Assembly (NCBI RefSeq): GCF_006345805.1
Contig: NC_042998.1
Coordinates: forward strand, 199,516,001-199,580,000
From: Octopus sinensis
Taxonomy: Eukaryota
Length of the DNA stretch: 64,000 nucleotides
Reading direction: 5' to 3'
Shown here: positions 26,303-39,487 of the stretch, one piece after another
How positions within the stretch are numbered: position 1 is the stretch's first letter
Layout of the letters: every line of letters starts with the position of its first letter
The notes under the pieces: model-generated
What the model was told of the DNA's origin: nothing
Seen by the model: only the letters and a program-made list of their open reading frames with translations
The model's database searches: none
Translations under genes and position numbers: made by a program

Positions 26303-27259
26303 ATATATATACACATACACCGAAGGAGATATTTAAGAATTTACAAAAAATTGGAGTGGTATAACTGACCTGTCTGTCTGACATTTTCTGCTTTGTGTGT
26401 AGCTAAGGAATGTTTGCTATTTTATATGTGGGAGGTTGGTTATGGGTGGGAGGAAGAGCAATGTGGAATCAAAAGTATTTTTTTCTTGGCTAGTCTGTCA
26501 TGGTACAGTGGTTTTTGGGACTGGTCTTAGAGGTCAGAATGGTGTGAGTGTGTGTCTCGTGCACGTCTCTATGTATGTGTGTATATATATATATGTGCTT
26601 GTGTTTGTGGCCATTTTTTGACTGGTCCCAGAGTTTATGTGTGTTTTATATTTGGTAGGATGGTGTGTGTATATGTGTGCAGGTTTGTGTGTGTGTGTGT
26701 ATGCGTGCGACTAGTATTTGTCAGGGTGTTGTATGTGCGCATGTGTGTGTATGTGTGCGTCTATGTGTGTGCGTGTGTATGTTTGTGTGTTTTGTGTTGG
26801 TGGGGATGCTATGTGTGTGTACTTGAGTGTTTGTGTCTCTGAGTATGTTTGTGTTGTTATAATAGTCCTGGTGGTGGTGGTGGTGTGTGTGTGAGAGAGA
26901 GAGGAACCGTATGAGTGTGTGAGTGTGCATATGTATGTGTAGTGTGTATGTGTTTGAGTTTGTTTTATTTATCAGAAGTTCTGTGTGTGTCTTTATCCGG
27001 GTGGTGTGTATGTATGTGCGTGTACGTTCTGTCCATATTGGTACTGAGTATGCGTTTGTGTGTGTGTGTATGTATATGTGAGTATGAGTTATGTAGCTGA
27101 TGTCTGGCGTGTAGTTCAGCAATTATATTTGTATAGACGATCTTACTGAAGATCTACAGATAAATCATTTAAGTAAAATTACGTAATTTGTTGATAGTGA
27201 AACATTTGTTTATGATTAATCTATATTTTTGTTACTTTACATTTGTCTGGCTCGCTTAC

Positions 27260-27537
27260 GTTTCTGGTGTTTGCTAAATTTTCTACAGAACAATTCTTAG
27301 TGATTAAGACCATAGCGGATCTTCTTCTAGCATAAGGATTTCCACATAGTGGTAAAATTCCCTCATATGTATATAATACTATATACTGAACCTCATTGAT
27401 TTTATATGCTAGACCACTGGTGTTAAAATTAATGTTATCAAATTGATATCCAATTTTTCACCCTCACTTTAATTTTAATTATATATATATGTACATATAT
27501 ATATGCGCGCACATGCAAAACACACACATTTATATTT

Positions 27538-27582
<45 letters not shown>

Positions 27583-27759
27583 CATTTAATGAATACAGGG
27601 AGTGGATGTATGCCACTTAACTCGAAGCTCCCTGCAACATTCGGACATGCTGATATAGGGTACCAAGTATAACCCAGCGATCATAATAAGTTACTCAATA
27701 AGTAACATGTATAATTTGCGAAAAAAATACGAGAACGAAACACGCACACACACACACAA

Positions 27760-27820
<61 letters not shown>

Positions 27821-28848
27821 GAATGCCAGAAAAATCTTTAAGCAACTTTGTAAGTTTGCGGAGATAACTGTCTTATTGAATTTTGCAGTTTTGCGGTATA
27901 ATATTGTTCAACAATCTTCTAAACTCGAAGTCTGAGATCTTTATAAGATGCATTCATCTCTTACCCTCTCAACAGTTTACACATACAGATTAACGCACTT
28001 TAGCCTTTTACTATATATACTTTCCTCCTAGACAAACATTTCAGATGACAACACCTTAAAAATTTAATATTAAATATTTTCTTTTTTCAAAGTGTTGAAG
28101 GGACAAAATCCAGATTCTATGACATAACTTAGATTCTCTTTTATCAACTTTTTTCTCGTTCATTCTTTTATTTTCTTTACTCTTAACTTTTCTAATTGTT
28201 TTCTCGTATTACCTCACACAACACCATATTATTTGAGCCTGGAAGATTGCCGGCTCGCACACAAAAGTCCAACTGATTTCTGCACCATGGGAACATGGAA
28301 TTTGAAGTAGCTCAGGTATAGCTTCTGTATTAGATCCTTTTTTTCTCCTGATCATATGAATGTTTAGCGATGATTCGTTCACCAAGCGAACAAGCGTATA
28401 ATGCACTAAACGCCCGACCATCCATCCATCCATCCATCCATCCATCCATAAATATATATACACATACAGACATACGTGTGTATACATGTGTGCGTGTGTA
28501 TATGTGCAGATATGTGCACACAAGCATATATGCACACACACACACATGCACTAACACACATGCACACACACACACGCACACACACAGACATACGACTGCA
28601 ACAACAATTATCTGATTGCAGATCTTTGCCCAAGGTTTTCCTTTCCGTCAGATGAATAGAAGACGAGTAACAATATTCTGGGTACATTCCAAGCAGATTA
28701 CTACCACATTGTTCGTTAATCACTTGTTTGGTATCAAACCATCACATCATACCTTTGTTTATTCACCAGAAGCATGTTATCATCTTGGAAACATTCTTCC
28801 AATATTTCAATTATAATGACATGAAAGTTAAAATATTTCAATGAAAAT
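27260..28848 (-). CDS. Candidate three-exon fragment of an unknown protein (28848-28753, about 28350-28213, 27416-27260)
   Basis: Donors AAG|GTATGA, GAG|GTAATA and AAC|GTAAGC; compatible phases (2-2, 2-2, 2-0); open frame; no homology recognised. Confidence 0.3.
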
Positions 28849-28949
28849 CTAATGCATATTGAGTGAATATTCAATTATTTAAGGATTAGTGATACAGGCT
28901 TTCTTCCAAATGCTATCCGGGGTAAAGTTATTCCACGAAATATATAGCT

Positions 28950-29170
28950 CGGAGATCTGAGAATCTTTCCAGCTCGATCCGCTGCTTCTTGCATTGAGAT
29001 GTCACATCTCCTGTACGATTGACATATAATTAGAATGTCACAGGAAAGGATTGTAAGACAGATTCTTCATGCCGAACCAGGTGGTTGGTTATCTAGGGGT
29101 AGACCAACAACGAGGAGACGGGATAACACCCATAATTTCAGTTGGTCACGCTAGAGAATCCAGCGGGAAT
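28950..29170 (+). pseudogene. Decayed RTE-type LINE C-terminal remnant
   Basis: HIIRMSQERIVRQILHAEP...SRGRPTTR. Confidence 0.55.
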
Positions 29171-29256
29171 GTGTAATGGTGGTTGTAATGATGATTAGAA
29201 CCTATATATAGACAAAGTGCCTGAGCACACTTCCCCCCAGGAGACCTCTAGAAATA

Positions 29257-29490
29257 TATTTCTTTATTGCCCACAAGGGGCTAAACATAGAGGGGACAAA
29301 TAAGGACAGATAAAGGGATTAAGTCGATTACATCGACGCCAGTGCGAAACTGGTACTTTATTTATCGACCCCGAAAGGACGAAAGGCAAAGTCGACCTCG
29401 GCGGAATTTGAACTCAGAACGTAACGACAGACGAAATACGGCTAAGTATTTCGCCCGGCGCGCTAACGTTTCTGCCAGCTCATCACCGCC
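29257..29490 (-). mobile_element. SINE family B monomer (tail 1)
   Basis: Reverse complement of 58699-58929. Confidence 0.92.
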
Positions 29491-29785
29491 TTTCCTTTAA
29501 TATCAGCAGTATATGTGTTGCTGTGTTGTTTTCTCGAAATTTTACTTGGACAATTGCGAAAGTTAGCAGGAAGCAAAGCCAGCGAAATAATCTTCGTGTC
29601 CATCACACACTCAGTCGATTTAGCCTTCAATTGACGTCTCGGCAACTTGCCAACTCGAAACAACTTCCATTCCATTGTATTTCTTATCTTCTCTTTTACT
29701 ATTTATCCAATGTTTCACGTTTCACCTCCATTTTTCCTCTTTATTACTTACTGCTCTACCGTTTGACATAGAGCATACTTGTCTC

Positions 29786-30196
29786 CCTTCTTCTTCTTCT
29801 TCTTCTTCTTCTTCTTCTTCTTCTTCTTCTTCTTCTTCTCCTTCGCTCTTCTTCTTCTTTTTTTCTCCTCCCACTTTTTCTTCTTCTTCTTCCACTTCTT
29901 CTTCTTCTTCTTCTTCTTCTTCCTCTCCTTCTTCTTCCACTTCTTCTCCTTCTTCTTCCACTTCTTCTTCTTCCACTTCTTCTTCTTCTTTTCTCTCTTC
30001 TTCTTCTCCTTCTCTTCTTTTCTTCTTTTTCTCCTCCCCTTTATTCTTCTTCTCTTCTCTTCTTCCTCTCCTTCTTCTTCCACTTCTTCTCCTTCTTCTT
30101 CCACTTCTTCTTCTTACACTTTTCTTCTTCTTCTTCTTCTTTCTCCTCTTCTTCCACTTCTTCTTCTTCTTCTTCTTCCTCCTCCCTTCTTCTTAC

Positions 30197-30228
<32 letters not shown>

Positions 30229-30577
30229 TTCTTCTCCTTCTTCTTCAGACTTCTTCTCTTCTTCTTCTTCTTCTTCTTCTTCTTCCCATTCTTCTCCTCT
30301 CCTTCTCTTCTCCACTTTTCTTCTTCCACTTCTTCTTCTTCTTCTTCTTCTTCTTCTCCTTCTTCTTACATTCTTCTTCTTCTTCTCTTCTTCTTCTCCT
30401 TCTTCTTCCACTTCTTCTTCTTCTTCTTCTTCTTCTTCTCCTTCTTCTTCCACTTCTTCTTCCTCTCCTTCTTCTTCCACTTCTTCTCCTTCTTCTTCCA
30501 CTTCTTCTTCTTCCACTTCTTCTTCCTCTCCTTCTTCTTCCACTTCTTCTCCTTCTTCTTCCACTTCTTCTTCTTCC

Positions 30578-30608
<31 letters not shown>

Positions 30609-30642
30609 CTTCTTCTTCTTCTTCTTCTTCTTCTTCTTCTTC
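29786..30642. repeat. Long compound (CTT)n tract with CTC and CCA interruptions
   Basis: Direct inspection. Confidence 0.97.
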
Positions 30643-31145
30643 CCGTCATATCAACAGTTTTTCGTTTTTTATTCAGTTTTTTCTTTCACTTATTCTCGAT
30701 TCTCTTTCTCTCTTTTTCTCTCATGTTTCCTTCTTGCTCTCTTTCTGACTATCATTTCTCTCCCTCTCTACCAGCCTCTCTTTCCTCTCTCTCTCTCTCT
30801 CGACCTTCCCCTCTCTTTCTCCCTCTCTTGTCCTTCTCTTTTCGTCTCCTACCTTCTCTCAGTCTCCGCTTTTCCATTTCCTTTCGTTTAATCTAGATTC
30901 ATTAATTATCCCCTTATTTCTCACTCTCATCTATTTTCCTCTTTTTCTCTCTTATTCTTTCTACGTCTCTTATATGCTTTTCATCCTCCTACCATCTCTA
31001 CATTTAACTACTTTCCTTTTTCACTCACCCTTCCACTCAATCACCAATACATGTTTTTTTATCCTTTTTCAACTAATATTTTGCGTCGTTATTTATCCAC
31101 AGTCTTCCTTTTCTCCACATTTTGTTCTCTCTCTTTCTCTTCCTC

Positions 31146-31805
31146 TCTCTCTCTCTCGCTCGCGCGACCATTTCTACATCTCTCTCTCTCTCTCTCTATC
31201 GCGCGACCATTTCTACATCTCTCTCTCACTCCTCATCTCTCTCTCTCTCTCTCTCTATCGCGCGACCATTTCTACATCTCTCTCACTCTCCTCTCTCTCT
31301 CTCTCTCTCTCTCTATCGCGCGACCATTTCTACATCTCTCTCACTCCTCCTCCTCTCTCTCTCTCTCTATCGCGCGACCATTTCTACATCTCTCTCTCTC
31401 TCTCTATCGCGCGACCATTTCTACATCTCTCTCTCACTCCTCCTCTCTCTCTCTCTCTCTCTCTCTCTATCGCGCGACTATTTCTACATCTCTCTCTCAC
31501 TCCTCTCTCTCTCTCTCTCTCTCTATCGCGCGACCATTTCTACATCTCTCTCTCTCTCTCTATCGCGCGACCATTTCTACATCCTCTCTCTCATCCTCCT
31601 CTCTCTCTCTCTCTATTGCGCGACCATTTCTACACCTCTCTCTCACTCCTCATCTCTCTCTCTCTATTGCGCGACCATTTCTACATCTCTCTCTCACTCC
31701 TCCTCCTCTCTCTCTCTATTGCGCGACCATTTCTACATCTCTCTCTCACTCCTCATCTCTCTCTCTCTATCGCGCGACCATTTCTACATCTCTCTCTCTC
31801 TCTCT
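31146..31805. repeat. Minisatellite: 13 copies of the core at(c/t)gcgcgaccatttctacatc separated by variable (CT)n/cactcct spacers
   Basis: Core copies counted manually. Confidence 0.93.
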
Positions 31806-31828
31806 TACCTATTCTTCTTTCTCATACA

Positions 31829-31861
<33 letters not shown>

Positions 31862-32704
31862 TCATCTCCCACACTCACACCTACACGTACATTCACATTA
31901 CACATCACACACCTCCACATTCACACATTCTCATTACACATCACACACCTCCACATTCACTTTCACTTACATATACACGCCCACAATCCCAGGCATTTCG
32001 TTCACACACATTCACCCACACGCAAACACACACCTACGCACATTTCCCATTTACATGACGCTCACAGGCACGAACATACATGTTGCCCGTACGCTCTGAT
32101 GCAAAAACGCACACTCACACACATACAGTTTAACACGCATTTACACTCCCACTAACAGATAACCTTGCACGTACACACTCTCTCACACTTTATATTCATT
32201 CGTGCACTTAGCCATCCACTCATATCCACATACAGCCTCATGATGGATAATCCATCAACTTCATCGATGATTATTCAATTGTCTGATCAACTGAATTACC
32301 TTCTCGTTAAATTGACGTGTAAGTGGTTGAGGGTGTCACAGACACGTCTAACTACGAAATAATTCTCAGAGTCAGTCGTATCATGGCAAACCCTTTAAAT
32401 TACAGGTACAAAACATTAGGCTGGTTTCCACTTAGTTTCTCTCCACCCAATTTCAATCACAAGATTTGGGTCGATCCGAGGCTATGCTACAGGACATTAT
32501 CCAAAATGCTGGACAATGGTACTAACCCTGAAACATTCTGGTTACGAAACGGACGTCTCTTCCGCTGAACTATATTTGCATGCAAGCTGCTTCATTACCC
32601 TACCCTTTGAATTTTCTCTCTGTCAAACTCACATAAATGCCCTCTTCGTGTTTATGTCTTTTCTCTACAATTGGTATTCAAATATCTCAATAATATATCT
32701 TAGT

Positions 32705-33290
32705 GTGTGAAAGTTGGTAGAAACGTTAGCACACCGGGTGAAATGCTTAGCGATATTTCATCTACGGCTACGTTCTGAGTTCAAATTCCGCCGAGGTCGA
32801 CTTTGCCTTTCATCCTTTCGGGGTCGATAAATTAAGCACCAGTTACGCACTGAGGTCGATGTAATCGACTTAATACCTATGTCTGTCCTTTTTTGTCCCC
32901 TCTATGTTTAGCCCCCTGCGGGTAATAAAGAAATAGGTATTTCGTCTGCCGTTACGTTCTGAGTTCAAATTCCGCTGAGGTCGACTTTACTTTTCATCCT
33001 TTCGGGGTCGATTAAATAAGTACCAGTTATGCACTGATGTCGATATAATCGACTTAATCCGTTTGTCTGTCCTTGTTTGTCCTCTCTGTGTTTAGCACCT
33101 TGTGGGTAATAAAGAAAAATAGGTATTTTATCTGCCGCTACGTTCTAAGTTGAGATTCCGCCGATGTCGATGTGCCTTTCATTCTTTCGGGGTCGATTAA
33201 ATAAGTACCAGTTACGCACTGGCGTCGATGTAATCGACTGACTCCCTCCCCCCAAATTTTGGGCCTTGTGCCTAGAGTAGAAAAGAATAT
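32705..33290 (+). mobile_element. SINE family B trimer (last unit with tail 2)
   Basis: Three consecutive cores joined at aaaga(aa)aataggtattt. Confidence 0.9.
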
Positions 33291-33796
33291 ATCTTAGTGT
33301 GCTCTCTAGTTACTCGTTAAGTATATTTTCTCCATCATTCTGTACGCTTTAACGCTGGTGACTTTGTGTCAGTCAAAATTAAACAACTGTATTGTTTGGT
33401 AGTGAAAACGAATTAGTTGAAGAATCAATCTCGAAACAACATATTCCACTTCTCTCTACGACATAGATTCTTCTAATCTATGTCGTAGATTAAATTCTTC
33501 TAATTTTCTTTTGTATCGCTCAACATTTATCTATCTTCGAGCCATACCGAAATTTTAATCCACTTTCTTTCTATTAAAGGTTTAGTTAGGAAAAGTTGTT
33601 TTTTGATCTTTGGAATTCCTGGAAACTGATGGAATTGCTACAGCTGGTCCTCAGATACAACATCTGCATATTGTTGTTTGTAGAAACTACTTAGTTTTCC
33701 ATGGTGAGAGTACGAGGAAAGAAAGTTTGGACTTTGTGCTTAGGAAAGTATCTAGGAGTTTCGATAGAATAAGAATTAAGAGAGAACAAGCTCTTA

Positions 33797-34210
33797 GGCG
33801 CAAGAGTGGCTGTGTGGTAAGTAGCTTGCTAACCAACCACATGGTTCCGGGTTCAGTCCCACTGCGTGACATCTTGGGCAGATGTCTTCTGCTATAGCCC
33901 CGGGCCGACCAATGCCTTGTGAATGGATTTGGTAGATGGAAACTGAAAGAAGCCTGTCGTATATATGTATGTATATATATATGTAGTGTGTGTGTTGTGT
34001 GTGTCTGTGTTTGTCCCTAGCATTGCTTGACAGCGATGCTGGGTGTTACGTTCCCGTCACTTAGCGGTTCGGCAAAAGTGACCGATAGAATAAGTACTGG
34101 GCTTACAAAGAATAAGTCCCGGGGTCGATTTGCTCGACTAAAGGCGGTGCCCCAGCATGGCCGCAGTCAAATGAGTGAAACAAGTAAAAGAGTAAAGAGT
34201 AAAGAGTAAA
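33797..34210 (+). mobile_element. SINE family A, full copy
   Basis: ggcgcaagagtggctgtgtgg head to (aaagagt)n tail. Confidence 0.92.
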
Positions 34211-34715
34211 GCGTGTGCGTAAATTGAAACTCGGTGCAGGTGATTTACAAATAGGTAATCGCACGGATTAGATATCACTGTAGTAGTAGCATAGGCAAAA
34301 ATAGAATACAGATGGTTATTTAATGCATTGTTACTCAGTAAATTTTGTTCAACCAAAAAGATTTCTTTTTTATGCCGTATTGGATACGAACTACTGTAAC
34401 AACTGCACTAGTGGCTGACTCAGAGGATAAGCAAAACGTTGCTGAGTCTTTTAAGGGTCTCTGTTGTGTGGACGGCCCCAGATGATGAAGTAGGCTAGCC
34501 CAATACGTAGATATAGTGGGAGATGCCTAGACGTCAGAGTTGAGACTAGAACACAGTCGAGGAGTAGGGAGTAGCGAGTAGAGTAGTAGAGGTATCCGAA
34601 CGTGCGACATAACAGGTCTCAAAGCCAGGAGGGAAGAGAACAGGAACTATTTCCTCTGAGAAAACCTGCGCCGAATGCTTGCAAAAACGGCGGGTAAGTT
34701 GCTAGTATGGACTTG

Positions 34716-35147
34716 GGATCTTTTCAGTTTGAACGGCAGTTTTTTCTAGCGGTGTCATATGAAATTGCCACCCATAATTATGACCCTAGTATCGATCTAT
34801 TGCATTTTTAGGGTTAGGGTTAGTTAGGGTTAGGGTTAGGGTTAGGGGTGGGGGGAAGTGTATCTTTTTTTCTTCAGAAATGTATATAAACCCAATCTGT
34901 TTCTTAAACGAGGGACATATTCATACGGCACAGAATGTGTTTAACCTCAATAGACGTCATTGATTGGTTGAAATTGCAGAAATTGAAGAAAACTAAACAA
35001 CAAATATCTTACAAACTATAGAAGTTTCTCAATAAAGCCAAGAGAAAAAGATGTTTTATAAACACATTCTACCAGTATTCGAAGTTTAAAAGTGTTTAGT
35101 TACGTGGAAATTATTTTAAAAAACTGCCGGGCAAACCGAAAAGATCC
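34716..35147. mobile_element. MITE with 29-bp TIRs and internal (TTAGGG)n
   Basis: GGATCTTTTC(A/G)GTTTG(AA/CC)CGGCAGTTTTT at both ends; TG on both flanks; TTAGGG units at 34808-34847. Confidence 0.85.
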
Positions 35148-35789
35148 TGGAATTGAATCCGAAGGGAAGTAGTTCTGAAGTGAATTTCATGATCATAAGG
35201 GAAATGTGTTCCACTTCAGCCCTCACACAATTTTCAAGTCAATCCGTTGAAGTCTCATTCAGAGTATCTCACGTTTCTATTTCTATATATCTCACATTCC
35301 AAGCCACACACTTCTCACTACAACATTATTTCCCTGACAATACAATTCTATCTATATCATTCTACACAAATCTTCATTTCTCTCCTCGATATCATTTACA
35401 TGTCATTTACATATCATATGCATAAACGTCTCAGTAATACTCCGTCCCCGAATATATTTCGCCCAGAGGCACTCCCCCTTTTTTTCTTCTCTGTTTTCAC
35501 AATTAGACCCTTTCCCAACTCTTAGCTGGTTTTCCTAAATTTATCCTATTTCTCTTAAATTTTCCTCTCCAATATTTACGCTTTCTTCAGCATTTCCCTC
35601 TCCGCATCTGTTGTCTTTATTCCTCATCTCTCCCAATGTCTCCTTTTTAATATCACAATCTCTCCATGGTTCTCTCTTATTTATTCTACACTTTTCTTTC
35701 TCTTTCTCACAGTCTTAACTATTCCCCATATTATTAACTTCATACACAGAAGCACACAGATGTACAGACAAGCGCACACACAAAATACT

Positions 35790-35926
35790 CATATGTACGT
35801 GTGTATGTATATATGTATGTATGTATGTATGTTTGTATATATGTATGTATATATGTGTGTATGTACGTACGTGTGTATGTATACATATATACATATACAT
35901 ATGTAGATACATATACATATGTATAC

Positions 35927-35972
<46 letters not shown>

Positions 35973-36826
35973 ATATATATATATATACATATATACGTAC
36001 ATATATATATATATATGTGTGTGTATGTGTGTGTTTATACACACAATTATATGTACATATGTATACACACAAGCATATATATTAAGAAATACGCATATAT
36101 ATATAATATGTATGTGTATATATATGTATGCGCATATATGTATGTGTATATATATATATATCTGTATATATACACATACATATATATACATACAGATATA
36201 TACACATACATACACACATACATTCATATATACATTCATACATACAAACACACACACAAACATATATATATAAAGAAACTTAGACGCGCACACGTGTTCA
36301 TATACATGCATCTACATAGATATACACACGCACACTCATATCCCTGTAGGTTTTTCCTCCTTAAACCAACTTTCTCCCAATTTTCCTTAATTCGTATATT
36401 AGAATCGTTTTTACTTCTTTTTTCCTATATAAAAATTTACAATTCATTCATTTTCTTATATTGTTTCTTTCGGCAATGCTTATCCAATTTTCTGCTTCCT
36501 TCTGACACCAATTGTATTCTTTTGTCATTAATCTCAATTAAAATGTTCCATTCTCGATACTGTGCACATCACACTGCCAGTCTGCTAGTCTCATTTCAAA
36601 CTGTTTCTATTTTACTAACGTTAGTTTAGCATAATCGACGTACGAATAGCCAAATATACGTACATATATATTTCATTCATACATAGGTGTATGCATGTAT
36701 GTATGCATGTATATATATATGTACACACACATATATATGCTTATATATATATGTGTGTGTAAACAGACGCATGCATTCATACATATATATATGTATTATG
36801 TATGTATGTATATGTATATATGTGTG

Positions 36827-36857
<31 letters not shown>

Positions 36858-36858
36858 G

Positions 36859-36898
<40 letters not shown>

Positions 36899-37038
36899 TA
36901 TATATATGTGTATATATATATCTATATATGGGTATATATATATATATGTATATATATGTATATATATATTTATATATATGTATATATATGTATATATATA
37001 TTTATATATATACATATATATATATATGTATATATATG

Positions 37039-37077
<39 letters not shown>

Positions 37078-37408
37078 TATATATATATATACATACATAT
37101 ATATACACGCTCACATATACGTACATATATATGGATGAATCTAGTATAGTTCGTTTTCGTGTTCCAGTTTCTTGCAAATTGCTTTCTAAGTCGTCTTATC
37201 TCTCCAGTCTAATATAATACTACAAATATATCCTCTGTAGTCTCTCTAAGTCTACCTCCCATTTTCTCAATTTTGTTCTCCCCTTCCTCTACCACTCTTC
37301 CTTTTCCCCTCTTTATATATGTTAGGAAACACACACATGCATGCAGATACGTACTTGCATATTCATGTGTGTGGTGTGTATGTATATGCATAAACGCATA
37401 CACACACG

Positions 37409-37460
<52 letters not shown>
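35790..37460. repeat. (TA)n/(TATG)n/(CATA)n low-complexity tracts (35790-36270, 36680-37130, 37405-37460)
   Basis: Direct inspection. Confidence 0.92.
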
Positions 37461-37464
<4 letters not shown>

Positions 37465-38120
37465 ATGCACTTCACGTATTATACATATATCATATATAGG
37501 TGTATGCATTTGTGTATGTGGGCGACGGTACATTATGTCTTATTTAAACTGAAATTTTTCTTTCACATTTCATATTTGAACACTTTTCCCGAGCACACTT
37601 GCACATATTGCCATACACACACATGCCCAGGCTTGCACGCGAACCCACGCTTGTATATGTACATATGAGCAATGCAGATGATAGAGTACTGGCCCCGTTA
37701 AATGCTCGGTGCCAAGTGGCTCACTCTAAACGTATTCCTTTTATACGCTCGCATACATACACATCTGCTGCATACAGACAGATAGACACGCGTAGCATGC
37801 AAGCATGCAAGCATGCATATACACACTCGCATAAATCTGAATGCATAGTAGCAGCATAATATTACAACAAAGCCGAAAGAGAAAATTATATTATAATCAC
37901 TAAGTCTGAAGGAAAATCTATATATTTACGAAACTATAATATAATAACTATAGTTAAAATTTGAAATAGTTTCACTCTATTGTATAGTAGTGTATTTGTT
38001 GAAAATATGTGTAATGTAATAGATTAGCAAGTATGTGATTGAAGTAATATATATTTTAAAGAAATATTGCAAAAGGACAATTACTATATAATAATAACTA
38101 CAATGTGCCTCGCTGACTGC

Positions 38121-38183
38121 TATAATATAATATAATATAATATAATATAATATAATATAATATAATATAATATAATATAATAT
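38121..38183. repeat. (TATAA)n pentanucleotide repeat
   Basis: About 12 units. Confidence 0.95.
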
Positions 38184-38899
38184 GATATAGTAATTATTTC
38201 AAGTTGGAAATTGTTCGACTGCGTATTTTAAGAGGACGAATAGGTGCATAGTTTCTGCGGGTGAATCAATACTGCAGTGTTCATATCAAACACATATAAC
38301 ATCGCACACTTTGCTCTTTATATTTTATAGAAATATCCAACATCAGCTGACGTTCCACCAAGCATATTGTTGAAGTTAATATATTTGCTTCATATTCTTT
38401 ATACTGATGCTACTATGTACTACAAGGTAAACATATAGTTTAATAGAAGGTACCCCATGTTGTAATTGTTTGTATGTAACACCCGATGTTTAGTGGTACA
38501 CTCATACGAAGCTGTTAATGCCAATGTTTTGTATCTTCATGTCCGGCATGAGCAATAGACCTATATTCAATGGCAATTCGTAATGCCACGTTCGAATATT
38601 TCCAACTAGATTGACCAATATGTCTTAACCCAATCTTTAACGACGTTTAGCTTTAATTTGACGAAGAGTCTATTTCTTGCAAGTAGAACAACTACTACAA
38701 GGTTTTTTCATTGCACACATCAGATATGAAGATTCCCTGCTCCCTTTTCTATTGGTGAACAGTAAAAAAAGAATTACACATAAATAAAAAAAAATCATTC
38801 TATTTTATTTATATAAAGTTGCCACACAGTAAAAATACGCTAAAGTGTTCATGACTGGAACGTCTTTATGCAAAATAGTCGCTTGTAGTTATTTGTTTC

Positions 38900-39128
38900 T
38901 CGGCGAGCTGGCAGAAATGTTAACACGCCGGGTGAAATGCGTAGCCGTATTTCATCTGCCATTACGTTCTGACTTCAAATTCCGCGGAGGTCGACTTTGC
39001 CTTTCATCCTTTCGGGGTCGATAAATTACGTACCAGTTACACACTGGGGTCGATGTAATCGACTTAATCCGTTTGTCTGTCCTTGTTTGTCCCCTCTATG
39101 TTTACCCCCTTGTGAGTAGTAAAGAAAT
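38900..39128 (+). mobile_element. SINE family B monomer (tail 1)
   Basis: Collinear with other copies. Confidence 0.92.
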
Positions 39129-39289
39129 ATATTTGTTTCCCAGGATTGTGGATTGTGTAATGCCCAACGTGAAGACACTAACCTATGTGTAGTAACAGTC
39201 AATCTGGCTGTACATAGTTACATTCATGAAAGTAATGTTTTGCAGCTCTAAGCTAGATCATCAGTTTATTGTTGATTTCCAATTTTAGC

Positions 39290-39487
39290 AAAAGCCAGGA
39301 ATTTTAGACAAGAGGGCAAGTCGATTACGTCTTTCCTAGTACTCAACTGATACTTATTTTATCGATCCCGAAGAAATGAAAGGCAAAGTCGATCTCGAGG
39401 GAATTAGAACTCAGAACAGGACGAAATAGGACGAAATGCCGCTATGCATTTTGCACGCTGAGCCACCAATTCTGCCAGAACACCGCC
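39290..39487 (-). mobile_element. Older degenerate SINE family B copy
   Basis: tatcgatcccgaagaaatgaaaggcaaagtcgatctcg. Confidence 0.7.

Noticed and set aside
28592-28723. Extra exon from ORF 28406..28723 (INEQCGSNLLGMYPEYC...)
   Set aside because: No good in-frame acceptor, and its phase is incompatible with the upstream candidate exon.
31146-31805. CRISPR-like array (constant repeat with variable spacers)
   Set aside because: Spacers are (CT)n microsatellite variants rather than unique sequences, there are no cas genes, and the context is eukaryotic.
29675-32155. Long ORFs of 325-393 aa on the ORF track
   Set aside because: Stop-free only because they run through (CTT)n and (CT)n repeats.
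34808-34847. True telomere or chromosome fusion site
   Set aside because: Short, single-orientation tract lying inside a TIR element.
35715-37177. YI/CV/HT-rich ORFs here and at 1178-1842 and 47107-47917
   Set aside because: Translations of dinucleotide microsatellites.
38331-38426. Plus-strand AG/GT-bounded open 96-bp segment (KYPTSADVPPSILLKL...)
   Set aside because: Isolated, with no partner exons or recognisable homology; plausible by chance.
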